A stretch of 62,065 nt of DNA, counting the filler, from Sphacelaria rigidula (taxonomy: Eukaryota): assembly GCA_964200075.2 (NCBI GenBank). It is 7 parts of 7 records of this genome, joined end to end, with 100 filler letters (N's around TTAATTAATTAA, not from the genome) between each part and the next. Parts side by side here need not be neighbours in the genome. Positions count along the whole stretch, not along the records: positions 1 to 8,783 come from CAXNAA020010112.1; positions 8,884 to 17,664 come from CAXNAA020010113.1; 5 more parts are not named here. One strand, given 5' to 3'. Each line of letters starts with the position of its first letter. Position 1 is the first letter of the stretch. The notes beneath the pieces are model-generated. The model worked only from the letters and a program-made list of their open reading frames with translations, did no database searches and had not been told where the DNA came from. Of this stretch, positions 1-12,489 are shown piece after piece. The position numbers were made by a program, and so were the translations under genes.

Positions 1-1809
1 CGCGACACCACTGCGAAGCTTGGAACAAGGCAGGAGCGTTGGTGCTGGTTTATGACTGCAAATGTGACGTTTAAGTGACAAATTACCGCGTTGGGTGGTA
101 AGAACACTGTTGCTGTGCACCCTAACCTGCGGAGGGAAAGTTAGTTCGATGTGTGGCGACCACGCAGGTCCAACCGGGTCTGCAGCACGGAGACGGTGTT
201 GTGCATCATGTGTAGATTCCATGGGGGAAAAAATCGCGTGAAATGGTTGAGTGCACAAGGTTCGCGACACGATTATCCGCAGGCACCCCTGGTGGTAAGG
301 TTGGACCGTGTGAAGTTTGACATTTGCAGCACTTTCTTCATAAATTCCAATATAAACACTGCCATGCACCGCCGCTCGCTCTTGTATTTACTGTACTGTA
401 TTTGACGTACATGAATTTATTGTGCTGTGTTTGAAGTAGAGTACAGTACAGCAGGTGTTGTGCTGCAGTAACTGCACCGCAAAATACTGTGAGTGTCAGT
501 ATACAATAAGGAGTTACGTCGCGTGCTGCTGGCTACAATGCTGTACACTGTTCTGGACATGGATACCTTGAGGGCACGTTCATTGACCCGCAGGAAAAGA
601 GACCACGCACCCCGGCCACTGCAAGTGTAGGAAAAGCACTGTCTTGGGGTCGAATATCCTGTTTGTGAAGACCTAATTGTATATATTTATCTGTTTATAT
701 TTTAACGGGGGTGCCCCGCCCCCTTCCTCGCGGAGCACGCCATTAACGAACGATGGTTCAGGCCCTATGTTATCGCCACGCTATTATTCTCAGGCACAAA
801 CACCTCGCCTCTATTACCCCCCAATGAATGACTTCGTTCCTGTGTCGTGAATGTGTGGGTTATGGCGGATACCAAACACGGTGACTGCCCATGTGTGTAA
901 GCAGCTGAGCTGCAGAGACGGATCGGCAGCACATGGGTGATGGTGATCGCGGGCTCGATCCCGCAATCATGTCTGCCTTCCTCATTGCTCCGTATTTGTC
1001 GCAGCTCTGGGATCATGGACGCGCGCCGCGGGGATACCACGGCGATAGACCACCTCTCTGACGAAGAACAAAAACTCACACCAGGGACACCGGTAAGACT
1101 TACCCAATTCGTCTCATCCCACGAAAACCTAACAGTTCACAGTCTCTGCTTTGTACCATGCTCTCCGCCTTGCAGGGGATACTCGTCGATGATCCTCTTC
1201 ACCACTGTAGAAGTCCGCGTGCGCCCTATTCAACATGACAGGCGCTGGCAACTTCCGCGCCCGATCGGGTAGATGTTTTGTAATACCGTCAACGATGACC
1301 TGAGCCCATGTTTGTGTATGTGTCTGTCGTTATTTCATTGTCATTGCTGTTGTTGTTTGTTGTGGTTGGTGGTGATGTTTTTTTTCGTTGTATCGCTGCC
1401 CCCTACATTTCCTTTCTGAGGCCGTGCCTTCTGTCCTTTTCCGTTCCTTTCTCTCTTTTTGCTTTCTTCTTATTATGTTATGTTCTTGCTGCTGCTGCCC
1501 ACGGGCTGGATTTTGCAATCAGCTAATGTGAGATAACCAATCACTCAATCAATGTTGCCCGTGCGAGCGGTGTTTAGAGAGAAAGGGCCACATAAAGAAC
1601 GGCCGCAATGCATCGTGCGCCGCACGCTCCATTATCTCGCCGCCATCGCCGTGACCGATCCCCCTCGATTTTTTCATCGCCGCCGTCACCAACACCGACA
1701 GCAGGTGGCGCTCGGAAACCTCGCAGACATCCGACTGGCGGCAGCGGGATATTCTGCAGAAGACGCGGCCGAAGGCGCAGGTACACATCGTGCATTTCAT
1801 GTGCTGCAG

Positions 1810-3020
1810 TGCACTTCATGATCAACCACGCCAAATACGCGCATCCTGACGGTAAGGCGATGAGGACGTGGGCGCTTACTTCTGTCGACACGGATGAAAT
1901 CATGATCGTGTTGCTGGTCATGGCGACGAAGAAAATAGCTGCCGCGGGCCCGGACCGCACCGAGGTAACCGTACGGCGCCGTTTGTCGAACGGTCCCGAA
2001 AACGTGAACGCAAACCGCGTGTACGAAGCGATCACTGGACTCCAAGACGGCTCTTGCGGTGCGTGGGAGAGGACCGCGGCGTGGGTGAAGGACTCCCCCC
2101 TCACGAGGGTCGCCCTTTTCGTGCTGGTGTACTTCCTGAGCGGCTGTGATTTTCTACCTTGTTTCCACGGGCTACCTTTCCTCTCTATGTGGAAGGCGCT
2201 CCTGAAAGCCCTGCGCGTACCGGGTCTTTTCTCGAGGCCCCTGATGACGTTTGAGGGCCAGGTGGTGTATGTAGACGAGAAGGAAGTGGTGAAGTTTCTG
2301 GGGGTCGCCTTCTTTTGTAAGAAGGAATCGGCGTTCTCCACGGCCGGCACCAGCGTGGAGTACGTCCTCCGCGAACTGGCGGAGGGGAAAGTGACGCTGT
2401 TTGTGAATTGGGTGAGATTGTTGAGGTGGAAGTTGGGCGGCAGGGGGCCAACAGACCTCGTGCCGCCCGCGGATGCGCTTCGCTTCCAAGGGCAGCGAGC
2501 TGGAGCCATATTGGAATATTGGATGGCGGGCATGGAGGAGTTCATGGCGGACGTGAAGTTCAACAATCGCGGTTGGAGTACCACGTCTGAAGATGCACAG
2601 ACGCCCATGACGAAGGCCAATGTTGTCGTCAACTTATCGGAACATGCGCGCATCGACCCCACGGGGGGGATCAGTCGTCTTCTGTGCGGGTGTAACCCAT
2701 CGGCGGCGGAGAAACACCAGTGCAACGGCAACTGCAAATGCGCGAAGCTTGGGAAGAATTGCCATCCCATACTGTGTGGAAGCAGGGGGCGGTGCGATCC
2801 TGCTGTCAACGCGCAAAGCGTACCGGTTGGCGAAGGGTTGCAGTTGGTGATGGCGAATGAGGTGAATCCCGGGGGTGATAGCAGCGACGAAGCAGAGACG
2901 AGCTCGGATGACGACTGCGAGTGCCGTAGCAGCACATCATCGGAGGAATCATGTGGTTCGCACGGAGACACGGCCGAGGACATACTGGAATGGTACTTGG
3001 ACCTGATGAACGATGTGTGA
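1810..3020 (+). CDS. AcademX-like transposon protein, C-terminal part: XPG/FEN1-type nuclease (with H3TH motif) followed by Cys-rich CXC/Cys8 zinc finger; probable terminal exon
   Basis: ORF 1608-3020 contains, in order, SVDTD (FEN1/XPG acidic motif), LSGCDFLP (H3TH GxD), VPPADAL..QGQRA....YW, RGW, then CGC-x9-C-x3-CKC-x6-C-x4-CGS-x3-C and an acidic tail. A splice acceptor (ctgcag) ends at 1809. The ORF upstream of it is not protein-like and the upstream exons were not resolved. Confidence 0.75.
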
Positions 3021-4409
3021 GAGAATGGTCAACGCACAGGTATGATACCAAGACCTTCGACGAAGGAGGTTCGCGTCGATAGTCATGCGCCCCGGTCCCC
3101 CCTCGTTTATTGTGATGCGCAGGCCAGTGCATCGCCCGCAATCCCGAAGATTTCTTCTTCTGTTTGATATTATGTTGGATGAATGGGGCTGCGGTGGGTT
3201 GCAGCGATTGAGTTGTTGCAATCTGTCAAATAAATGTTGCAATCTGTGAGTTTGTAATATGAGGGGAGCACAATGTGGCTGCCGTAAATTGTATTGGAAT
3301 GTGGCTGCCGATGAGTGAGTTTTGGGAAAACATACCTCGTGGAAGTTGCGCGTGCATGCAACCGCCGATTGATATCGATCAGTCATGCTGCGCGGCGACG
3401 CCGCCCCTTTTCCGGTGCTGTCGTGAGGAACGCCCCTCCCTTCCTCTCCGTCGGGCTGAAAAGGAACACGACTGTGGCTTGCTGACCCTCTCTGCGTCTA
3501 TTCATTCGCGTGCGCGCTACATTTCGCCTCAGGTGCACGAAAAGCGGCGAAACCAGACTCTGAGACTGCCACGGGTTGTATCGCGGGTGGACGGAGACCA
3601 TGTACACTGCAGGATGTACTGTGGTCTCATGGAAGGACCAGTTGTCGTTCATATTATGCGCTCGACATTCCAGATGTGCCCGCCGCGCGTGGAGGGGTCA
3701 ACGGTCGTGATGTCGTATCGGCCTTTTTTGCCATAGAAAGTGGTACGATTTGTTGCGTATCGACCGACGCCGGCGCATCGTGCGTTTTGATGTGGGCGCT
3801 CGGCATTCGATCGAACGGTTTTGCGGCCTGGACTTCCCGCCGCAGCGAAGGATACAGTGTCCATATCATGAGGGTATTGAGTGTTGAGGGCAAGTGCTCT
3901 TTATGCGGAGATGGCGCGTTTTGAAATGGATACGGTCACTTGTGCGGGCTCCTCCTATATGTTACTCCCTCGAAATAGCAAAACAAACTGCGCTAGATTG
4001 CGAGAGTCATGCATTCTCCTTCACCAACAAAACGTATCGTTCACGTGACCTTCCACGATGTCATATCATGGGATTTTATGGGCTTCATTCCATCTTCGGT
4101 GTGATTTTCGCCGAAGTATGCGGTCAGGACCCCGCCCACGAGGGGACTGGTGTCACTTGGGAAATTTAACGCCATTATGGTTTTTCGCGGCGTTGGTCTA
4201 TGCCTCTGTTTTACTTATTGCGGAACTGCAATATCGGAGAAATGTTATATTTTGTTCTTCACAAAACGCACCGAAAGTGCTACCGTCCAGTCTCGCCACC
4301 AACGCCATTTATGATGCTTGAAGTATTTGTGTGACTGGCTGTTGGCATTTCGCTGTCGATTTTCAGCCGACGGCAGGGTTGGGCGGATGTTGGCACCTCG
4401 CAATAAAAA

Positions 4410-7400
4410 GCTTTATTCGTCGACACCATCGTGAAGGACATTGATAACCCCCGCAACACTTTGTGGCCGAACCCGCACTCTCCATAACAGGGGCGGTCGC
4501 GTAACAAGAACATTGCAGACCCGAGCACGCTCGCGTTTCGTGGATGCGACACTTTCGTTGGCGGCCGAAGTTGACTACAAATTCATTTTTTTTTGTTGGA
4601 AGCAAAGTCGATGGTTTGTAACGGAAACAACTTCGTATTTTTCTTGTGCTTCATTCATTTTATTCAGTTGGCCGCTCGTTGCTGACATGCATTTTTTTTC
4701 AGTCGGCCGCGTGTGGCTTACATTACAATTTCGGGCGCGAGTAGAGCCGTGACATAACCCTGGAACGGAAAATCGCTGCGGAACGGGATCAGCAAAGATT
4801 TACGGTCGTTCCGACGTGTCAACCTCTGTCGAAACCTCATCTGCGAGATAATTACTCATGGGAGGGCAAACAGGCGGATTCCATCGAGATACATTCTTAC
4901 ACGCGATTAGTGGCCAGATATATTTACCGTGGTACAACAAACACACACGAAAAGAAGGCGTTCGTTGAACCTGACCTTTGTCACGGCATCGACAGAATAT
5001 TTGGCGTGGAGACACACCCTCAGTGGGGTGCGGTATCGCATGTGCGCGATATCTCAACCCACAGTGCTTCTCGCTGTACACACCATCAGGACGAGAAACA
5101 AGCGGAGTGTCTTCCATCGCACCCTGCACCCGACGCGTTCGCGAACCCCGCAGTTGTTGCCATCATACTGGGCGGGTGGCCGAAGGGGTGGAAATAGGAT
5201 GGCGGTATCTCACCGAATTTGTGATATGCGGCGTAACCACACCTCATGTATCTTTTCGAGCGTTCAGTACCGAATTTTCCACTTTTCAAGCTTTACTTTG
5301 TTCGTGGATTCCTCCACGGTGTCCCCACCAACCGGCTTCAAACTTGGCACGTAGGTACAGCACAACATAGACAGTATATAGGCTGTCCGGCGGCACGTGA
5401 TGGGTAGTGCACACAGTGGACGGAGCGAACACGGATTGTGGGTCATGCCGTCCATACACCCTCAAAACGGCGTCTCTGCAGCCCAGACTGCGCGACACAT
5501 CGCTGGATGCATGTTCTGACACGCGGGTGCGTTCACTTCCACGTTATGACCTACTACCCAGCTTCTGCGCCGTGAAACAAACATCGATCTGTGCTGGCAC
5601 CCATCGCAGATGATGACATTCTGTGCGGTACAAATTCTGGTATTGTCTGTAGAGGTCCTCAATTCAGGAGGCACGGCCGTACACGCGCTGTCAATACTTT
5701 TAGGCGCTGAAACTTCATCCGCATGTCGTGTATATTATAGGCAACAAACTCATGTTGCTAAATCTGGAGTAGCGTTGTGGGTGCGTGCGTATCGGGGCGA
5801 AAAGATGTCGGATTCTGTTCCGAATAAAGTTTTTTTTTCTTTCGGCGCAACACTGAATACTCCACGAGTTCACAGCACAATCTCCACCGCTACGACTTCT
5901 CCCACACATCGCGTAGAGTTGCCTGTGTCTCCCCCTTCTCTTTCGATCTACGTTTGACCTGAGTCTCATGAGTGAACGCGAAAAGCGTGTGCATCCACCG
6001 ACCGCACTGGCACTTGTTCACGGAACCGATGAGATCCGATATCGTGCACGTGGGTTCTTCACATCGCTTGTTTTGACCGACGCTGATAGCGCACGCGAAG
6101 ACGGAAGTTGTCTATTGATTATGTGCCCTTAGAAACGCAGGTGCAGCAGCAGATGTCTCTCTGTGGAGTGCTGTTCGTACAGAGAAGATGCGGCTGCGTG
6201 CGGAGCCTCGTCATACGGCTTTACAGCAGAACGTAACTTCTTCAGTTTCCAGGGGGCTCCGCGGTATGTTTTTGGTGCCCCCCCTACATGTCTATTCTCT
6301 GCGGGACATGTTGCTTTCGAAAAAAAATGCATCCTAGCGGGGAGCGTCCTTTATTTTGGTGTCCTTAAAGCGGGGACGACTTCAGGTACAGAACGAGATT
6401 GTTCAGACAATAACGATGTGGTCCATGAAAACAAATTTTACTCGAGCGTAGTCATTTCTGCTGCTGTATCAGGGCACATCTGCCACTTCTCGCAACATAT
6501 ATTACTTCCCTGCCCTGCGCTACTGTTCCTGTCATACGTGGAACACAGGGTATGTTGTACAAAACCACAGATGACGGGGTATATCACCCCTCTGTGTCGA
6601 CGATGATCTCCACCGTCGTTTTTCTCGGAAGTGGAATCTTACATTTCTCTACGGCCGTGTTTTATCACATTGATCGACCAACTATCTTCAACATCCCATC
6701 TTCCCACGATGTGGACATTGCAGGTTCTTAGTAAAAAATGACCATGGGGTTAATACCACGCGCATGATATTCCGCCGTTCGCTATCCCACCACACAAGGA
6801 GGTGCTTCAATCGGTCTCACCTGTGTAGGTGGCGAGTCCGGATGGGATTGTGACGTTATTTTTGCTCTCTCTCGATAATAATTTCAACACCAGTTTCAGA
6901 TTTCCCTCCTCGATAGCCTCTACCAACTTTCCTTCGCCTCCCCTGTACCGTGACTGGAGTCGGCCGTAGTTGGGCTCCGGACCAGTAGGGTTAGAGTACA
7001 AACAGTACAGTCATTATAAAATTGAGCATTGAATTGAATTACATACATCGTCAGTCATTTTCTGCATCACAAGCTGCAAAGATCCACGGTTAGGACAAAT
7101 CAACTCGTGAGTCAACTCAAATTCATCATCTCAATGAATAAATCATGCGGTTCGTACATCAGTTGTAATTCACGCAGTCAACCATTCATGACTCGAGGCG
7201 TGATGTAATTCACGCAGTCAACCCTTCTTCGTGATTCACGGCGTGAATGGCTTGTACATGCACGCCATGTGCGACAAGTTCGACGTGAGCGCTGGTGTAT
7301 GCTTCACACCTTCGGATGAATGCGGGACCTACCTAAGTCATACAGGTTAATTAATCTGCAGTCATGAGGCCTGAATCACACACACTATTCTCAAACCTGT

Positions 7401-8040
7401 AATGCGCGCAAGATGCCTGCACTGCACAATATGTTATATGTTATCCACCCTAGAGAGAATGTGGGACCAACACTCGGCAAAGAGTTGAATTCTGCCATTT
7501 CATGTTCATGGGGCCTGTATCACGCGTATTTTTTTCCCATGGGTAATGCGCTGCATATGTGTTGTCCACCCTCGACTCAGTGGACCAATGGTTTATACAG
7601 CATGGTTGCTTGCGTATCATGGCGAGTCAACATGACACTAGACCCAGCAGGTACAAGGAGGCGCGGCAGTTCGCCGCGGCTGTTTGGTACCGTCCACGAG
7701 CGGTACCTCTGCGTAATGGTGGAAAGATGCGTTCTTCCAATCAAGAACCATCGACGGCGTGGACGAATACTGTTGTGTTGGGACCTCACAGGAAGGCAAC
7801 ACGGAATATTGTACTGAAAGCACCGGTACGAATTGCTCCGCCGCACCGGTACATACATACGAAGCACTATTCACTTTTCTGTGCTTCAGACTAACCGACA
7901 ACGAAGGGGATGTGGCCGGTACCATAGTACGAGGGGAAAACATCGAGGATATGGTAGATTGCACATCGTGAACAAAGTTGCGCAGTGGTGTACGGTGGTT
8001 CACCGCAGTTGGCAATTGCTGTGTAACAACGAACCTTGAC
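4410..8040 (+). pseudogene. Decayed DUF6729-like / DDE-like transposon gene fused to a DnaQ (WRN-type) 3'-5' exonuclease
   Basis: Frameshifted fragments with stops occur in a collinear order: LWPNPHSP..FV(W) at ~4460-4570, RIFGVE / LSGVRYRMC at ~4990-5045, HSGRSEHGLWVMPSIHPQNGVSAAQTARHI at ~5412-5500, RYVFGAPPTCLF at ~6262-6300, and V*VASPDGIVTLFLL..FPSSI..TVTGVG at ~6823-6965 (exonuclease-like). Assigned from remembered family motifs only. Confidence 0.5.
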
Positions 8041-8783
8041 AGAACCCACTCGGGGTTTCCTTGTCCGGGCCCAACAAAGCATAGCACAGCAACACGGATA
8101 CACTACGCTGGGCTAGGCTACGCTACGCTACACTAGACTAGACTACAATACACAGTACAGCACATCACGGCACAGTTCCGCACAAACCAACACGGCAGCG
8201 TACTGTGTACTCCCACAATACAACACCACTGTACGCTGCACTAGACTACACTCACGGACTCACTACACTTACCACAACAGAACAAGCCCAACGCAGAGCA
8301 GCGCAGTAAAACACGGAACATCACTGTGATACCCTACTGTACTCTAAACGGTAACGGTAACGACTGCGTCACGATGCTTTCAGAATTTTTAGCGATGTGA
8401 CATGATGACTCTTACTTGTAGTCAACTCAGAGCCATCATTTCAATGAATAGATCATACTAGCCGTCGTACATCATTTGTAATTCATACAGCTTCCTATCT
8501 TGTGCCTGGCTCAGTATAACCCGAAGGTTCTTGCTTCATACCTTCCATGACTTCAGGGGTAAATATTGGGCACATAAGTCAACTCTGCGCTGAAAATTTG
8601 GATGCATCGGTTGTACATGTCACGCATTTCTTATCATCATGAGTCGGGAACGCCATGTACAACTTGCTTGGCCAACTTGTTGGGGATGAGCGCCCGCACA
8701 TTTTTTCCACCTTGGGGCTAATGCGGGACTGACAAGTTGTATACAGGTTGACTCTTCACTTCCGATGGGCCCTGAACCACGCG
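7095..8783 (+). repeat. Diverged direct repeat, two copies (~7095-7530 and ~8410-8783)
   Basis: The blocks gtcaactca..catcat.tcaatgaata.atcat..cgtacatca.ttgtaattca and gggcc.tg.a.cacgcg are shared by both copies. Confidence 0.6.
8080..8345. repeat. Degenerate pentanucleotide satellite (CTACA/CTAGA/CAGCA-like)
   Basis: Runs such as ctacgctacgctacactagactagactacaatacacagtacagcac. Confidence 0.7.
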
Positions 8784-8883
8784 NNNNNNNNNNNNNNNNN
8801 NNNNNNNNNNNNNNNNNNNNNNNNNNNTTAATTAATTAANNNNNNNNNNNNNNNNNNNNNNNNNNNNNNNNNNNNNNNNNNNN
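8784..8883. other. Artificial contig linker
   Basis: 44 N + TTAATTAATTAA (stop codons in all six frames) + 44 N. Confidence 0.98.
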
Positions 8884-9162
8884 GGCCCAACTCGTCTGTG
8901 TCGATGAGATATTGCTTTTAGAGCTTAAATCCGTTTTCAGGCTGGCCCAGCTCGTAGCTAGCTGTAGAAAATATCTTTTTTATGGTACCAACTATAGCAT
9001 CGTGAGCAACTCCGTAGGACAGATACGATCTGTGCCCCAACTCGGTCCTAACTTATGAGACAGAGAAAGTATGTGGATGCGTAGTCATATATGAAATGGT
9101 CGTATGGTTTTGCACCGTTGAATGAGACTCATCCTGCGTTCCGCTTCGGCTTGTGTTCTCAG

Positions 9163-9567
9163 GTAGCCCTAATGGATGAAGACCACAGCAAGATGCAACA
9201 CCAGCATCAACATCAACAGCCGTCGACAGCCTCATCCTCCGCCCCCGCCACAAGCTTATCCCAGCCAAGTTTCGTGGAAACTCCACGATCTCTGACGCGA
9301 GGGGTATTTAATAGCCGGGGATGTCCTTCCACAAGCCCGTCGCCTTCTACTATCGGCAATCGCAAACCAGCCGACGTTTCGAGTGATGGCCCTTCTTCGT
9401 TGACCGGTAGTGCTGGCGGCTGCGGTGATGGTGATGGTGATGGTGATGGTGATGTTCGCGATGTGGGAGGTGAACCGGGGGTGGTATCGGGCGTCATGTC
9501 GTGTATCGATGTCGGTGATTTGGCAGATGTGGTCTATGTTCGCCAGGAAGAAGAGGCACCAGAGCAG
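9163..9567 (+). CDS. Internal exon of an unidentified gene (low-complexity Q/S/G/D-rich)
   Basis: ttctcag acceptor, 405 nt open in phase 0, and a cag|gtgaga donor. Includes a (GGTGAT)n run encoding GDGDGD. Confidence 0.6.
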
Positions 9568-9865
9568 GTGAGAATAGGTCGTGACCACATAGTTTAGAGA
9601 CTTGCAGATCTAACGAGAACTACGCATGATTCGGTATGAAATTGTGTTTTATCATGAAAAGCGTGAAAGCGTGATGTTTGTTCAGCCTCTCTTGATTATT
9701 GTCACGAACGGCTGATGCCTCGCCGCTCCTTTTCAAAGGAAGATGAGCAGGTCGTAGTTCTCGTGATGACCGTGCATGCGTCGGTATTAACATATCATCG
9801 TCGAAAAACGTCGTATTTCTATCCTTTTACGTCGTGAGCGTGTGATAATTTGCAACATTTTTCAG

Positions 9866-10015
9866 GATATATGTACGACGTGGTGGTATGAAGGAGTATT
9901 TGTCATAAATCACGACTTGAAACTGTCTGGTGAAGCAAGTGAAAGGCTCAGGTCGGGAAGGATGCATCAGCTGTTCCCTGAACATGTGGTTGAATCGGAT
10001 AGCGAAGATGTATTG
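9866..10015 (+). CDS. Possible next exon of the same unidentified gene
   Basis: ttttcag acceptor in phase with the previous exon, reading DICTTWWYEGVFVINHDLKL... The donor could be at 10009 or 10015. Confidence 0.35.
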
Positions 10016-10309
10016 GTTACATTGACAAAATCTGTTACCCTGGCGTATCAGAAGATAACTGAATGCGTACCATCTTGTGTTTTACTTCAATCGTTTGAAC
10101 TTGGAAATGCGTCACGATCGAAGTGTCATCCGCGGCAATGGACAGATATGCAAACATAGTGGCATTGAAATATATGTATGAGCCCCCTTCTTTCACTAAC
10201 ACGAATATGTTGGAAATCAATTTCATTCCCTTCCTCGACGTATTTCACCTTGCGTTCAAGTTCATCACGGCCCGGAACTTGAATATATATATATATTGAT
10301 GAAATGAAA

Positions 10310-10485
10310 AAAAGGCAAGCACCGCAGAAGGAAGGTGGGGTACTAAAAACAGATAAAAAAGAAGCTTCTGTGTTGACCTTCCTCCTGTGTGACCCTGGCT
10401 GGTGCGCCCACATATATACCGAAAGGTGTAGACTGGCGCCCAGAATAGATGGGACGACAACACATACATACTCCATATATATATA
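10310..10485 (+). mobile_element. SINE/LINE-3'-end-like dispersed repeat (copy 1)
   Basis: The core gaccttcctcctgtgtgacc..ggctggtgcgcccacatataccgaaaggtg.agac.ggcg.ccagaatagatgggac is shared with 11409-11615 and 24840-24990. It ends in a CA/TA-rich tail. Confidence 0.7.
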
Positions 10486-10799
10486 GCCTGAGGTTGGATG
10501 TACGCTGTAAAAAAATGCCGATCTGAGTTTATTTGGTTCGGTATTCCCTAAACGCGGAGCATGCATTGAATAGTGGCTGACAGCAAAAATCGCCACAGTG
10601 CAAGAGATCATCGTCATTAATACAAAGCACAGCAGTAGAGTACAGATGGTGTCGGTGCTTTCATTCTTACAACACAAGAGTCTGGTTACCTCTGTTCTCG
10701 GCGGCAAGTTTTTTTCTCATAGTCGGCAGTCACGTGTCCGGTACGCAATTTAACATTTGGACGCCCTGGGATGCTATTTCAAGGTCGCGTCCGCTGGTT

Positions 10800-12480
10800 G
10801 TCATTCGAGGTTTTTGAGGACGGTTTTAGTAAGCGCCGATGAACGCTCGTAGGATGTAGGCGCTTGGCAGAAGTGATGCCAAAGAACACGTTATGGCAAA
10901 TACGATGTTGGCAGCACTTAAACATGGTTGAGCGAGGCGGGTTCACTGTTTTTGCCCTCCCTGTATCATCTGGCTGCGAATACCGTCAGGTTCAGTGGTG
11001 TTGACGTGCTGGATACTTTCCGCGACATGTTCACGACCCATCTCAGGGGTTGATTGATGAGAGCGACAAGCTCGCCGCTGCGGTCCCGTGCGCGTTACTT
11101 GTGTGAGGGTGAGCTTGTGCACACCCTGCCCATTTGCCCGTCGGGAATGCGGATATATTTCATGTAGGCCGCGGGCACAAAACCCAAACATTACCATGCC
11201 GGTCGCCCGGTGGCTCAATTGGTATTCTCGAAACCTTTTGACGATTGGCACGTGGGCTCTAATCTCGGTGAATTCACACGATCTGGAATTATGCCTCACA
11301 TCATGCACAACAGTGGAGATCGACTGTGTTGTGAGTACGCAAGGTTCGATCTCACGGTCGACGAGGGAAAGGGGTCGACAAGCGCTTCTCGCGATGAAAA
11401 GTGAGACGAGCACCGCAGGAGGAAGGTGGAGTATTGAAAACAGACTGAAAACTACAACTCCTGTGCTCTGACCTTCCTCCTGTGGTTACCCAAAAGGAAG
11501 GTGGAGTACCAAAAGATTAACTAGAAACTGAAACTCCTGTGCTGACCTGCCTCCCGTGTAACCCCGGCCGATGCGCCGACATATACCGAAAGGTGTAGAC
11601 TAGCGTACAGAATATCCTGAGTCGGCCAAGCGCTGCTGCTCGTGACTTGGGCACGTATAATTGTGACGTTTGGCAGTCATGCTCGGCACTCATGTGCATG
11701 GCAGCGGCCTTTTCTGTTTATGCAGCCACTTCGAGTTATGGCTGGTTGCATGGTTCTCAATAGTGGATGAGAAAGCGGCGTTGCCAGAATCTTGAGGCGC
11801 ATGATCTCATTTTTTTTCAAGCACCTCGGGCGGGGACGGTTGAGAATGCCGTGTGTCTCTGTTGCTTATCGCCTGCGCCATTCATCACGGCGGCTCGCTT
11901 GTCGACAGTTACGCTTCACCCTATACCGAGAACATGCCGTATACTTGTGCCAGGGCCGTTCTGTACGAGCTGTTCGTGCAAACTGTATTCCACACCCCTT
12001 CCTATCCTCTCGGGGAAAAGAGGCGTGCACTGCAGCTGTGCTTGCGTGAAATCTGCCGCCTTCATTGTGCCCTGTCCTATCGACAAGGTAGTTAGTTGCC
12101 CGTCATCCTCCACTTCTTTTGGTGCTGGTAACGTCTTGGTGTCTGGTCTACCAACATGCATTTCGTGGGTTTCGTCATGTTTTCCGCATCCATGTGGACA
12201 GAAGAGCATGAGGAAACTTACCCGCCACCACAGCGGTGTTGTATTCACCCTCGACTTTCTTTCGAAAGGTAACCCTATTCATGAAGTGCTGGTGGACCCC
12301 CCGTGTAGCTCGGTGTGCTATCCACCATGGTCCATCTTCTGAATAGTCGAGAAGCGCGATATTTTCATGTGTTCTAGTTTCGTCGGTTGGTGTTTCTGCT
12401 GTGAATGTACCAGGAATGAACAGGGCAAATTTGTTCTTTGACAATCAAAGTATTTCTGTGGATCATCGATAAGGTCAGAA
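10800..12480 (-). pseudogene. Highly degraded Ty3/gypsy-like integrase region, interrupted by the SINE-like repeat
   Basis: Minus-strand fragments QLYVPKSRAAAL, NSRSCEFT, YPHSRRANGQG and NIVFAI resemble the LYVP..R / SDRG.EF / YHP..NGQ / FAYN motifs and occur in that order. Confidence 0.3.
11409..11615 (+). mobile_element. SINE-like repeat (copy 2, internally duplicated)
   Basis: Two tandem partial units of ggaaggtggagta..ctcctgtgct..gacct followed by catataccgaaaggtgtagac. Confidence 0.65.
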
Positions 12481-12489
12481 AAAATCTTT

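Noticed and set aside
1574-2983. 469-aa minus-strand ORF
   Set aside because: It is the antisense shadow of the XPG-Cys8 ORF and has no motifs of its own.
6807-7001. Minus-strand peptide resembling an ankyrin repeat (LVEAIEEGNLKLVLKLL)
   Set aside because: The plus strand here fits a 3'-5' exonuclease collinear with upstream fragments, so an isolated single repeat is more likely a shadow.
8828-8839. TTAATTAATTAA motif recurring every ~8.88 kb
   Set aside because: It is a synthetic all-frame stop linker embedded in N runs.
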